Assembly: GCA_043824335.1 (NCBI GenBank)
Contig: JBDRTC010000212.1
Coordinates: forward strand, 1 to 42,197
From: Planctomycetota bacterium
Lineage (GTDB): Bacteria; Planctomycetota; Planctomycetia; Pirellulales; Thermoguttaceae
Length of the DNA stretch: 42,197 nt
Direction of reading: 5' to 3'
Below, piece after piece: positions 7,506-16,067 of the stretch. Under the pieces are notes generated by a model that saw only the letters and a list, made by a program, of their open reading frames with translations, had not been told where the DNA came from and ran no database searches. The translations under genes were made by a program, and so were the position numbers. Positions within the stretch are counted from its first letter, which is position 1. Each line of letters opens with the position of its first letter.

Positions 7506-10500
7506 TCCTCTCGGACGTTTCCATTCGCCGGCCGATTGCGATGGGCTGCTTGATCATCGGGCTGGCGCTGCTGGGACTGAACGCCTACCGCAAGATGGGC
7601 CTGGAACTGATGCCCAAGGTGGACGTGCCCTACGTCACGGTGGTGACGATCTATCCGGGCGCGTCGCCGGAAGAGCTTGAGACGGATGTCGCCAAACGCA
7701 TCGAAGACGCGGTCGTCTCGATTGACGGGCTGAAGCACGTCAACTCCACCTGCATGGAAAACGTATGCCAGACGCTGCTGGAGTTCCAGTTGGACGTTGA
7801 CGTGGACATTGCGGCGATGGACGTGCGGGAAAAACTCGATCTGATCCGCGCCGACATGCCCGAAGACGTTGAAGACCCGATCATTCAGAAATTCGACATC
7901 AACGCCAAGCCGATCGTCACGTTGGCGCTCTCCGGTGAGGCGCCGCTCGACGAACTCTACGACTTTGCCGATAACACGCTGCGCGACCGAATCACCGTGA
8001 TCTTGGGCGTGGCCGACGTGCAACTGATCGGCGGTGCCGAGCGCGAGGTCCACGTCGAATTGGACCGAAACAGGGTGGCCGCTCGCGGTCTGACGAGCAT
8101 GCATGTGGTCCAAGCCATTCAGCAGGCAGTGCGGACGATTCCCTCCGGGCGAATACGCCAGCAAGCTACCGAATATGCCGTCAAGTTCGACGCCGATTAC
8201 GATGAGGTCGCCGGGTTGGCTAGCCTTGAGGTTGCGAACAGAGCCGGACAGCGGTGCCACATCGGAGATATCGGCCACGTGTCGATGGCCACCGAGGAGT
8301 TGCGGCAGGCGGCGAAGATCGACGGGAAATCGTGTATCGCCATTAAGGTGGTCAAGAAGTCCGACGCCAACGCGGTGCGGGTCGCCAATGCCGTGCGGGA
8401 AGCCATGGCCGAGTTGGACGCGGAGTTGCCCGGCGGCATGGAACTCGTCTGGGTGGACGACGACGGCCGATTCATTGAGGCAAGCAACGAGAGTACCTGG
8501 ATCAACGTTTTTCAGGGCATCCTGCTGACGGTGGCGATTCTGTTTGTGTTTCTCTACAACCTCCGTTCGCTGTTCGTCGTGGCCGTCACCATGCCCTTGA
8601 CAATCGTCATCGGTCTATTCTTTATGCAGATGGTGGGCTACACCCTGAACGTCTCCACGTTGATCGCCATTGCCATGTCAGTGGGAATCCTGGTCACCAA
8701 CTCGATCGTGGTGCTGGAAGCCATCGTCAAGCGGTTGGATGCCAGCGGCGATCCCAAGGAGGCTGCTCGCCTGGGGGCCAGCGAGGCGTTTATCGCCGTG
8801 TTGGCCAGTGCGGGGACGAATGTTGTGGTGCTATTCCCCCTGGCAATCATGAGAACTCGCGTCGGGCTCTTTATTGGACCGCTTGCCTTGACCATGTTCA
8901 TCATGACGGTCGTCTCCCTGTTCATCTCCTTCACCCTGACACCGATGTTGTGTTCGCTGATTCTGAAACCCCGGCAGGAAGAATCACGTTCTCTCCTGGC
9001 ACGGATGGAGCGAGGCTGGAACTGGGGGTTCGACCGACTGCTTGCCGGGTATCGAACCCTTCTCCAATTCAACGAGCGACGACGATGGGCCGCAGTGCTC
9101 ACGTTGTTGGGCGTGAGCGCGATCTTTGTGCATTCTCTTCTGCTGGGCGGGAAGCTGGGAACCAGCGCCTTCCAAGAAGCGGATATGGGGCAGGTCTACG
9201 TGCGGCTGGAGTTCCCCACTCGCTACAATCTTGCCCAAACCACTCGGAGAGTGGATGAAGCGGAAGCCAGAGTCAAGGACTTGCCCGAATTGCGGCACGT
9301 TCTCAGCACGATCGGCAGGATCGAAGCCGTTCTGGGACAGTCCAGCGAGGGAGTCTACCTAGCGCAGATCCTGATGAAGTTTTCAGAGCGTGACGAACGT
9401 GCTCTTACCATCGACGAGTTGCAGGACATGGTCCGCTCGCGCATGGAGGGTTTTCCCGACGCGATCATTGGGGTCAGCCAGCCGTCGCTTGTCGGAGGCC
9501 AGAGTAATCCCGTGGAACTGGAGATTGCTGGTGACCAGTTGGAGACTCTTGATTCGCTCGTATTGAAGACCCATGAATTTGCCGAGGCGATGCCCGGTCT
9601 CCTCGATCCAGATACGAGCGTGCGCCCCGGCAAGCCCGAAATCCGCATTCTACCCCGCAGGTCCGTTCTGAGTGACCTCCAGGCGCCCGCCGTGGGCATG
9701 GGCATGGCGCTGCGAGCCAATATCGAGGGAATCAAGGCCGGCACCTACAAGCAAGCTGCCCGGAACTACGATATTGTCGTCAAGCTGGCAGAAGAACAGG
9801 GCAAGGATCAGGTCGAGCAGTTCCTGTTCCCCGGAACCGATGGACATCCGGTTATTCTGGCCAGCCTCGGCGAAGTGGTTGAAATGGAAATGCCCATCCA
9901 GGTAACCCGCAAGGATAAGCGGCGTGTGGCAAAACTCTATGCCGGATTGGATAAGAGTCTGCCGCTTGGGACCGCCGTGAACGAGATCAGCACGACTATT
10001 GACGAGCGGGTCGGGCTTCCGCCGGGATACGACTATTCGTTTGCCGGGCACTACGAGTTCATGGCCGAAGGTCAACAGGGTCTGCGTGAAGCCGGGATCA
10101 TCTCGATGATCCTGGTGGTCCTCACGTTGGCGGCCATTCTCGAATCCTTCCGGCAGCCGGCACTCATCTTGGTTACCGTACCCCTGGCCTTGATCGGCAC
10201 GGTTTGGGCATTGGCAGCCTCGGGAGAGAGCTTCAGCATCTTTGTCATCATGGGTATCGTGATGATGATCGGCATCGTGGTTAATAATGCCATTCTGATC
10301 ATGGATCAGGTCAACACGCATATCAAGGAAGGAGTTCCCCGCCACGAGGCGATGATCTCGGCAGCTTGCGAACGCTTTCGGCCCATCGTGATGATCACGT
10401 TTGCCGCCGTGCTCGGCATGATGCCTCTGGCGTTGGGTCAGGGCATTGGTGCCGAAATGCGCAACGGAGTTGGCATCGCATCAGCGGGCGGTATCCTGGT

Positions 10501-10576
10501 CTCCGGCGTGCTCACGCTTATCGTGATGCCTATCCTGTACGACCTGTTCACGCGAAAAGAGAAGACAGCCAGTTGA
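7502..10576 (+). CDS. RND efflux permease, HAE1/AcrB-like (12-TM)
   Basis: 1024 aa. The N-terminus MILSDVSIRRPIAMGCLIIGLALLG, large periplasmic loops and a conserved C-terminal half are typical of AcrB-family pumps. Confidence 0.9.
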   Translation: MILSDVSIRRPIAMGCLIIGLALLGLNAYRKMGLELMPKVDVPYVTVVTIYPGASPEELETDVAKRIEDAVVSIDGLKHVNSTCMENVCQTLLEFQLDVDVDIAAMDVREKLDLIRADMPEDVEDPIIQKFDINAKPIVTLALSGEAPLDELYDFADNTLRDRITVILGVADVQLIGGAEREVHVELDRNRVAARGLTSMHVVQAIQQAVRTIPSGRIRQQATEYAVKFDADYDEVAGLASLEVANRAGQRCHIGDIGHVSMATEELRQAAKIDGKSCIAIKVVKKSDANAVRVANAVREAMAELDAELPGGMELVWVDDDGRFIEASNESTWINVFQGILLTVAILFVFLYNLRSLFVVAVTMPLTIVIGLFFMQMVGYTLNVSTLIAIAMSVGILVTNSIVVLEAIVKRLDASGDPKEAARLGASEAFIAVLASAGTNVVVLFPLAIMRTRVGLFIGPLALTMFIMTVVSLFISFTLTPMLCSLILKPRQEESRSLLARMERGWNWGFDRLLAGYRTLLQFNERRRWAAVLTLLGVSAIFVHSLLLGGKLGTSAFQEADMGQVYVRLEFPTRYNLAQTTRRVDEAEARVKDLPELRHVLSTIGRIEAVLGQSSEGVYLAQILMKFSERDERALTIDELQDMVRSRMEGFPDAIIGVSQPSLVGGQSNPVELEIAGDQLETLDSLVLKTHEFAEAMPGLLDPDTSVRPGKPEIRILPRRSVLSDLQAPAVGMGMALRANIEGIKAGTYKQAARNYDIVVKLAEEQGKDQVEQFLFPGTDGHPVILASLGEVVEMEMPIQVTRKDKRRVAKLYAGLDKSLPLGTAVNEISTTIDERVGLPPGYDYSFAGHYEFMAEGQQGLREAGIISMILVVLTLAAILESFRQPALILVTVPLALIGTVWALAASGESFSIFVIMGIVMMIGIVVNNAILIMDQVNTHIKEGVPRHEAMISAACERFRPIVMITFAAVLGMMPLALGQGIGAEMRNGVGIASAGGILVSGVLTLIVMPILYDLFTRKEKTAS

Positions 10577-10633
10577 CAAATCCCAGCCTGGTCGCTACGG
10601 ATTTCCACAAGCCGTCATAATCTGCTATCGCTG

Positions 10634-12274
10634 ATGGAAGGCTGCCCCGGGCTCTGTTCCGGCACGGCCGCCGTGCGTTCAAAGCCCGCCCCCGTCGAGG
10701 GCGGCAAGTGGTACCTGGTTTCCGTCGGGTACCGCACCGAGGGCTTTGGCCAGCGCGGCAAGTACAGCGGCGTGGACTCGTCTGTGGCCGTCACCTGGAA
10801 TGACGCCGCCGGGAAGCAGATCGGCTCCTCGCCCGGGATCAGCTTCCCCTACCATCCCGTGGACTGGGACCTGGGTGATCGCTTTTTCCTGGCTCCCTCC
10901 GGGGCCGCGCAATTGGTCCTGACCGCCAGACTTAACAATCACTCCCAGCAGCAGATCGGTAAGAACATTCCCTCCGCCCTGTGGCTGGACGGCTGGCAGA
11001 TTCGCCGGTACAACCCACCGCCCACACCCCGGTGGGCACTCGAGAAGGTTCCGCGCATCGTCGAAGGGGGCTTGAGCACCTCCCGTGCCCAGGCCTACCA
11101 ACTCTCCAGCCAGAACATGGCGGGCGGCAAATGGAGCTCCATCGTGACTGACCCCCAGGCCACCTACGACTCGGTCATCTCCAGTCCCGAGGACGTAGGG
11201 AGAGGCATCATGGCCCATTCGCCCTATTTCACCAACGCGCCGCCGGGACTCTATCGCGCCCAGATACGCTCGAAGGTGGCCACGAACACCGGCGACGTGC
11301 AAGCCGGAGCCCTGGATGTGTTCTCCGAGTTCGCCAGCACGCGGGCTGAACTCCGCCTCTTTCCCAAGGACTTCCCGGCGGCCAACACCTATCAGGAGTT
11401 CCCAGTAGACTTCGTCCTGCGCTCGGCCGGGTACTGGGGCTTTCGGGTCTACACGCAAGGCAACCAAACCTTCACCGCGGACATCGTGAAGATTTTCCCC
11501 CTCGCTTTGCTGGAGGACAAGCAACTCCTGGAACTCTACCCCGGCAGTGAAGGCGATATTCCTGCCGATATCCAGCCCCGCCGCAACGCCCACCCTTTCA
11601 CCGGCTTGCTTGTCGCCGGGCTCTTGTACGACTACTACCGCATCGTGGATGCTCACCACCTCGGCGGGTACGACATGAAGCTGAAGATGGTCCCCATCCG
11701 GAAGGGCCGCTCCCAGGTCTTCGTGGGCTTTCCCGAGACCGCCCCGGACCTGTTCGATCACAACGTTATCTACCTGTGCGGCGCCGACCTCACCGCGCTC
11801 ACGCTGCGCCAGAAGAACATGCTCGCCGAGTACGTTCGGCGCGGCGGCGGGCTGATCGTCTTCGGCGGCCACAAGGCTCTGGACCGGGCCGGTCTCAAGG
11901 GTTCGCTCCGCGAGGAGGTTCTGCCCGTCACGGGCGGCGCGGGCCTCCCGCCGCTGGTGACCCTGCCTGGCGGCGCGCCGCTGGTTCGGGGTGCTTCTCA
12001 CCCCGTTACCCAGTTCGCCGACTTCGACTCCCCGCCGGTCTGCTTCTACGTGCATGACCTCGAGGCCCGACCCGAGGCGCAGACCATCATCACGGTCGGC
12101 GGCAAGCCCGGCCTCGTCGTCGGCAAGTGCGGCAAGGGCCGCGTCGCCGTCATCGGCATGACCTGCTTCGGCGCGCCCGCCGAAGCGCAGACGCCCTTCT
12201 GGCAGTGGCGATCTTGGGTCCTGCTGCTGCGCGACTTGGCCTGGTGGGCCGCCGGTCAGGACGAGCATTTCTAG
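10634..12274 (+). CDS. Hypothetical protein with beta-sandwich N-region and C-terminal GATase1-like (DUF1355/ThuA-like) domain; possibly 5'-truncated
   Basis: The composition is coherent, and the antisense 573-aa ORF is R/G/A-rich junk. The C-terminus ..NVIYLCGADLTALTLRQKNMLAEYVRRGGGLIVFGGHKAL..GRVAVIGMTCFG.. resembles putative glutamine-amidotransferase-like domains. There is no signal peptide. The frame is open directly from the RND stop codon. Confidence 0.6.
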   Translation: MEGCPGLCSGTAAVRSKPAPVEGGKWYLVSVGYRTEGFGQRGKYSGVDSSVAVTWNDAAGKQIGSSPGISFPYHPVDWDLGDRFFLAPSGAAQLVLTARLNNHSQQQIGKNIPSALWLDGWQIRRYNPPPTPRWALEKVPRIVEGGLSTSRAQAYQLSSQNMAGGKWSSIVTDPQATYDSVISSPEDVGRGIMAHSPYFTNAPPGLYRAQIRSKVATNTGDVQAGALDVFSEFASTRAELRLFPKDFPAANTYQEFPVDFVLRSAGYWGFRVYTQGNQTFTADIVKIFPLALLEDKQLLELYPGSEGDIPADIQPRRNAHPFTGLLVAGLLYDYYRIVDAHHLGGYDMKLKMVPIRKGRSQVFVGFPETAPDLFDHNVIYLCGADLTALTLRQKNMLAEYVRRGGGLIVFGGHKALDRAGLKGSLREEVLPVTGGAGLPPLVTLPGGAPLVRGASHPVTQFADFDSPPVCFYVHDLEARPEAQTIITVGGKPGLVVGKCGKGRVAVIGMTCFGAPAEAQTPFWQWRSWVLLLRDLAWWAAGQDEHF

Positions 12275-12307
12275 CTGTTGGCGTTCACGTGAGAGAAGGT
12301 TTGCCAG

Positions 12308-12354
12308 CCGCCTGGCACGGCAACGATACCCGTCGGTTGCGACAGCCCAGGCGG
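12308..12354. terminator. Nested hairpin between convergent genes (CCGCCTGG..GCAAC..GTTGC..CCAGGCGG)
   Basis: An 8-bp outer stem and a 5-bp inner stem were read from the sequence. There is no U-tract. It lies between the 10634..12274 (+) and 12405..14492 (-) stops. Confidence 0.3.
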
Positions 12355-12404
12355 AACCGGCCAAATTCGGGTCGGGACTGCGCCTGGAGCTCCGCGCCAC
12401 CCGT

Positions 12405-14492
12405 TTACACTATCATCGTTTTCAGGTGCTCGGTTCCGATGCTTCCTTCCCTGCAGAAAGAGGTGACGGTGAAGCCGGCGGAGTGCCTGGCCTGGACATC
12501 GAGCGCTTCAGACAACGGAACGCCGCAGGAGTCCCTGATCGTTTCCATGATGGCCTTCCTGGCGGCTTGCGTGGCCGGGTTGTCGGAAACCGGCACGTCG
12601 ACGTCCACAGGTATCCCCTCCACCACGCCCTCGTTCAGTCTCCTCATCGGCAAGCTGGCCGCTTTGCCCGATGCAAGATTCCAAGCCATCGCCAGCGACT
12701 CCCGCGTTGGACCTGAGTAGTCAACGAGCCAGTCCATGGCGTCGCTGGCTTTCACGGGCGCTCCGGTCAGCAACATTTTGACGAGCTTAGGCCACTGCGA
12801 CCGGCCGGTTTTCCTGAACGGCCAGTGGCAGCCTTCCATGCCCGGTACGACGGGCAGCGTCACCTCCGGCATTCCCAGGACTGCGTCCTGGACGGCTACC
12901 AGGTAGTGACAGTGCATGAGCAACTCCAGAAAACCGCCCAGGCAGCGTTTGCCACCCGCGAAGCCCACCGAGACTTTGAACTCGTCAGAGAGCCGCCTGG
13001 CTGTCGCGGACCAGGTGGCGGCCACCCGGCGTCCTTCGTCAACATTATCCAGAGCGGGAAAGAACTCGCTCGTGTCTGCACCCACCATCTGCGTGGCCAG
13101 GTGGAAATCGCCGGTCACAATCAGACTGGCGATTCCTTCTGCCTTGAGCCAGTCGATGGCCCGGTTCAATTCGGCATCCACGTCGCCGTTGTAGGTTTCC
13201 CGGCTGATCGTGATGACTCCCACGTTGCCGTCATGCTCGGCGTTGACGTACAACTGCTGCCACTCGGGGCTGCCCAGAGAGTCGAACACGGCCGGATACC
13301 AGCAGCTACGGGCCGCTTCGGGGTGGAGCCGGTGATAGGCTTCGACCCTTTTGATCGCCGCCTCGGCCCCCACGCTCCGGATCATGGCCAGGATGCCGCG
13401 GCGGAACTGCGCGCATAGCTCGCCGATCGCGTTGATGTGGGAGAGGTGGCCTCTCTGCTCGTAAAGCAGCAGGCTGGTCATCTGGAACAGCGGGCCCTGG
13501 ATCCAGTTGGTGAACTCCTCCTCTGCCTCGTCATCCATAGGCCAGTTGACCAGGGGTCGGAAATGGTTCGGCGGATACCAGTCCTGGCCGGTCTCTTGCC
13601 GCTCGTCCAACTCCGGTGTCGGCCTGAACAACGCCCCGTATTTCTCACCCAGGTGATGCAGGCACGACCACGCCAGGAAATTCGCTCCCTTGGCGCCGAT
13701 GACGTCATGGGCCCTGAACGGATTCGGCCCCGCAAGCTTCCTGATGTACTTGTCGATTCTCCAGAAGGGCATGTTGGTTGCCCGGTGATACCTCAGGCCC
13801 GCCAGCGTCAGCCCGCAGAACAGCACATCCAAAACAAACGACCAGTCGTCACTGACCGGAACCGGGACCAGGCCCAGCGCCCACAGAAGCTGGGTAACGG
13901 AGGAAGTCTCGTCCTCAACAATCTCCCATACCTTGTTGACCTCATGAGGAAAAGCCGGGTGTGCCACGCCCACGCCCAACTCGGAACTCGGAAAGCCAGA
14001 CGTGACCGAGCGGATTTCTATCCCCGGAAACGCTTCCCGGAATATTTTGTAGTGGGCTCGCTTGACCTCAAGAACCTCCGGAATCGCTTCCAGAAGAAAA
14101 CGTGGGCGAAGATTCTTAAGGGCCTCTGGAAGGCTGGTCCCGTCGTAGGTCATCCTGACGATGTTCACCATGACGCGATCGGCACGCTCTTTGCCGACTG
14201 CCTCCACCAGCCCCGGGTAATGCGGGCCGATCCCATCGGCCGTTCTGGGACGACTGAGGCTGATCGACTTGACGCCAAAAGGCTCAAGCCTGGAAGTGAG
14301 CTGCATCAGCTTCCCGGCTCCCACGATTCCGTTGGCTCCGGAGACCACCAGTGAGCCACGCTCATCCGGGGCACCGAACACCCGGTCCACCAGATCGCCA
14401 GCGTCGACGGGAAGCCTGCCGTTGCGAAAAATGTCCGTGACCGAACCAAGTCCCAGTGTCTGGAGCGTTGACTGTCTGATCGACTTTGTCAT
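12405..14492 (-). CDS. Fused 3-hydroxyacyl-CoA dehydrogenase-like (N-terminal) / enoyl-CoA hydratase-like (C-terminal) protein
   Basis: Rossmann motif VVSGANGIVGAG. HACD-like block LLEAIPEVLEVKRAHYKIF..VTSGFPSSEL..AHPAFPHEVNKVWEIV. The C-terminal crotonase block is ..GGKRCLGGFLELLMHCHYLVAVQDAVLGMPEVTLPVVPG..LLTGAPVKASDAMDWLVD. The ATG overlaps the thiolase stop (ATGA). Confidence 0.7.
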   Translation of the reverse strand: MTKSIRQSTLQTLGLGSVTDIFRNGRLPVDAGDLVDRVFGAPDERGSLVVSGANGIVGAGKLMQLTSRLEPFGVKSISLSRPRTADGIGPHYPGLVEAVGKERADRVMVNIVRMTYDGTSLPEALKNLRPRFLLEAIPEVLEVKRAHYKIFREAFPGIEIRSVTSGFPSSELGVGVAHPAFPHEVNKVWEIVEDETSSVTQLLWALGLVPVPVSDDWSFVLDVLFCGLTLAGLRYHRATNMPFWRIDKYIRKLAGPNPFRAHDVIGAKGANFLAWSCLHHLGEKYGALFRPTPELDERQETGQDWYPPNHFRPLVNWPMDDEAEEEFTNWIQGPLFQMTSLLLYEQRGHLSHINAIGELCAQFRRGILAMIRSVGAEAAIKRVEAYHRLHPEAARSCWYPAVFDSLGSPEWQQLYVNAEHDGNVGVITISRETYNGDVDAELNRAIDWLKAEGIASLIVTGDFHLATQMVGADTSEFFPALDNVDEGRRVAATWSATARRLSDEFKVSVGFAGGKRCLGGFLELLMHCHYLVAVQDAVLGMPEVTLPVVPGMEGCHWPFRKTGRSQWPKLVKMLLTGAPVKASDAMDWLVDYSGPTRESLAMAWNLASGKAASLPMRRLNEGVVEGIPVDVDVPVSDNPATQAARKAIMETIRDSCGVPLSEALDVQARHSAGFTVTSFCREGSIGTEHLKTMIV

Positions 14493-15703
14493 TTCGACTC
14501 ACCTCCTTCCGTGACACGGAAGAGGGCTGCGATACCCATGTCTCCTGCGGCACAGCCGATCAGCAGCACGTGGCCGCCTCCCAAATCCACGGCTTCTTCC
14601 AGACCTTCGATCAACAGCCTGGTGAGAGTCGGACCCTGGGGATGTCCCCATACGAGCGAGCAGCCCGTCTTGTTAACCCTGGCCCAGTCGTACTGCATCA
14701 CTTTAGAGAAAATGGCATCGTTCACGGCAAACGGGTTGTGGCTCTTGACCACCGCCACGTCTGCCATGGTGAAACCGGTCTTCGTGAACAGCTTCTGCAC
14801 GGCAAGCGTGGGAGCCTCCGGCATCAAGGCCGGATGGGTCCTCGCTTCGGCTTTGGCGACAAACTGAATGACAACCTCAGGCCGCGGGCTGAGTTCTCTG
14901 GCTTTCTCCGGGGTCGTCACCAACAGCGTAGCCATCCCATCTGCCGCATGCGTCTGGGTTCCCGTCGTCACGCACGTATCCAGCTCGCGCATCTGGCGAA
15001 GATCGTCCAATGTCAGTTTGCCGACCCCGATATCATCCTCGATCCTGCCAAGAAAGCGGCCTTGCACATTCAATACTTCGAGCGGCACGAGGATCCGATC
15101 GAGAAACCCAGATGCCTTGGTTTCGAAGTATTGCTGATACCGGCAGATGGTGAGCTCTTCCACTTCCTTTCGGTCAAGACGATGCTTCCGCGCAGCATTG
15201 CCGGCCGTGGCGATCATGGCCTGGCCCGTGGCCGGATCGAAGCCGAAATTATCCCACGGTTCACTCAGCGCCATCGTTTTCTGGTGCGCCCGCCGTTCTG
15301 GGAACACGCCCACCGGCGAATCGCTGGTGCGGTCGAAGGTCAACACACCCACGACGTCATTAGCTCCGCTCTGGACTTCCGCACCGGCAAGCAGGACGGC
15401 CTGGAGCCCGGTCGCACAGGCCTGCTCCACATGAAATCCCGGTACGCGGTGCCCCAGGCAGCTCGCCACCAGTGGTGCATTCCAGAACTTCCAGTGCCAT
15501 GGCACGGTGGAGCCGATGATCAGATACTCCAACTCGCTCTTCGCGATCCTTCTGATTCCGAGGATCCGGTTCATCGCCTCGCCGGCAAACTGGCCGATGT
15601 TGACCTCTGCCAGCGCTGACGTCTGCCACGCAGGGAAAAAGCTGCTCCCCCAGGTCCCGTACGGTATTCTCGCTTTGGGGAACATCTCGACATTCTCTCT
15701 CAT
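14489..15703 (-). CDS. Thiolase-family acetyl-CoA acyltransferase
   Basis: ATG at 15703 follows GGAGGAGGG. Thiolase motifs: VEQACATGLQAV (active-site Cys), GHPQGPTLTRL, GCAAGDMGIAALF. Confidence 0.8.
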   Translation of the reverse strand: MRENVEMFPKARIPYGTWGSSFFPAWQTSALAEVNIGQFAGEAMNRILGIRRIAKSELEYLIIGSTVPWHWKFWNAPLVASCLGHRVPGFHVEQACATGLQAVLLAGAEVQSGANDVVGVLTFDRTSDSPVGVFPERRAHQKTMALSEPWDNFGFDPATGQAMIATAGNAARKHRLDRKEVEELTICRYQQYFETKASGFLDRILVPLEVLNVQGRFLGRIEDDIGVGKLTLDDLRQMRELDTCVTTGTQTHAADGMATLLVTTPEKARELSPRPEVVIQFVAKAEARTHPALMPEAPTLAVQKLFTKTGFTMADVAVVKSHNPFAVNDAIFSKVMQYDWARVNKTGCSLVWGHPQGPTLTRLLIEGLEEAVDLGGGHVLLIGCAAGDMGIAALFRVTEGGESK

Positions 15704-16067
15704 CAATCCCTCCTCCGTAGACAGCGTGATAAACGATGCAACGGCTCCCGAGAGGGTTGCGGCGACGTGGCCAAGTGGTCCGCGGAGCATCTACCACCGA
15801 CCCTGGCCAGAAGATTCAACGCCCCCCAAGTATCTCGGAGTATCCTCCAAACCGGTTTCAATGCCTCGTGGGGCAGTTGATCGGAGCCATTGATCACGAA
15901 TAATGCAGCGACAAATCTTGCGCAAGTCGTCCGGCAGACGCGGCGACTGCCCGCCGACTGATGAGAACTCACACACGCGCCGCAAGACGCTAGAATACTG
16001 CTTCCGAGCGGGATGTCAAGCTGCGCGCCCTCACTTTGCCGCTTCACTCACTCCTTCGCTCTCTGCC

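Noticed and set aside
12313-12330. TGGCAC motifs at 12313 and 39826 as additional sigma-54 promoters
   Set aside because: At 12313 no TTGC follows at the required N5 spacing, and the motif lies between convergent gene ends. At 39826 the spacing is N7 and it lies inside the MBL coding sequence.
10679-12400. 573-aa minus-strand ORF antisense to 10634..12274
   Set aside because: It has R/G/A/P-rich low-complexity composition with no recognisable motifs. This is typical of spurious antisense ORFs in high-GC DNA. The plus-strand partner has a domain-like sequence.
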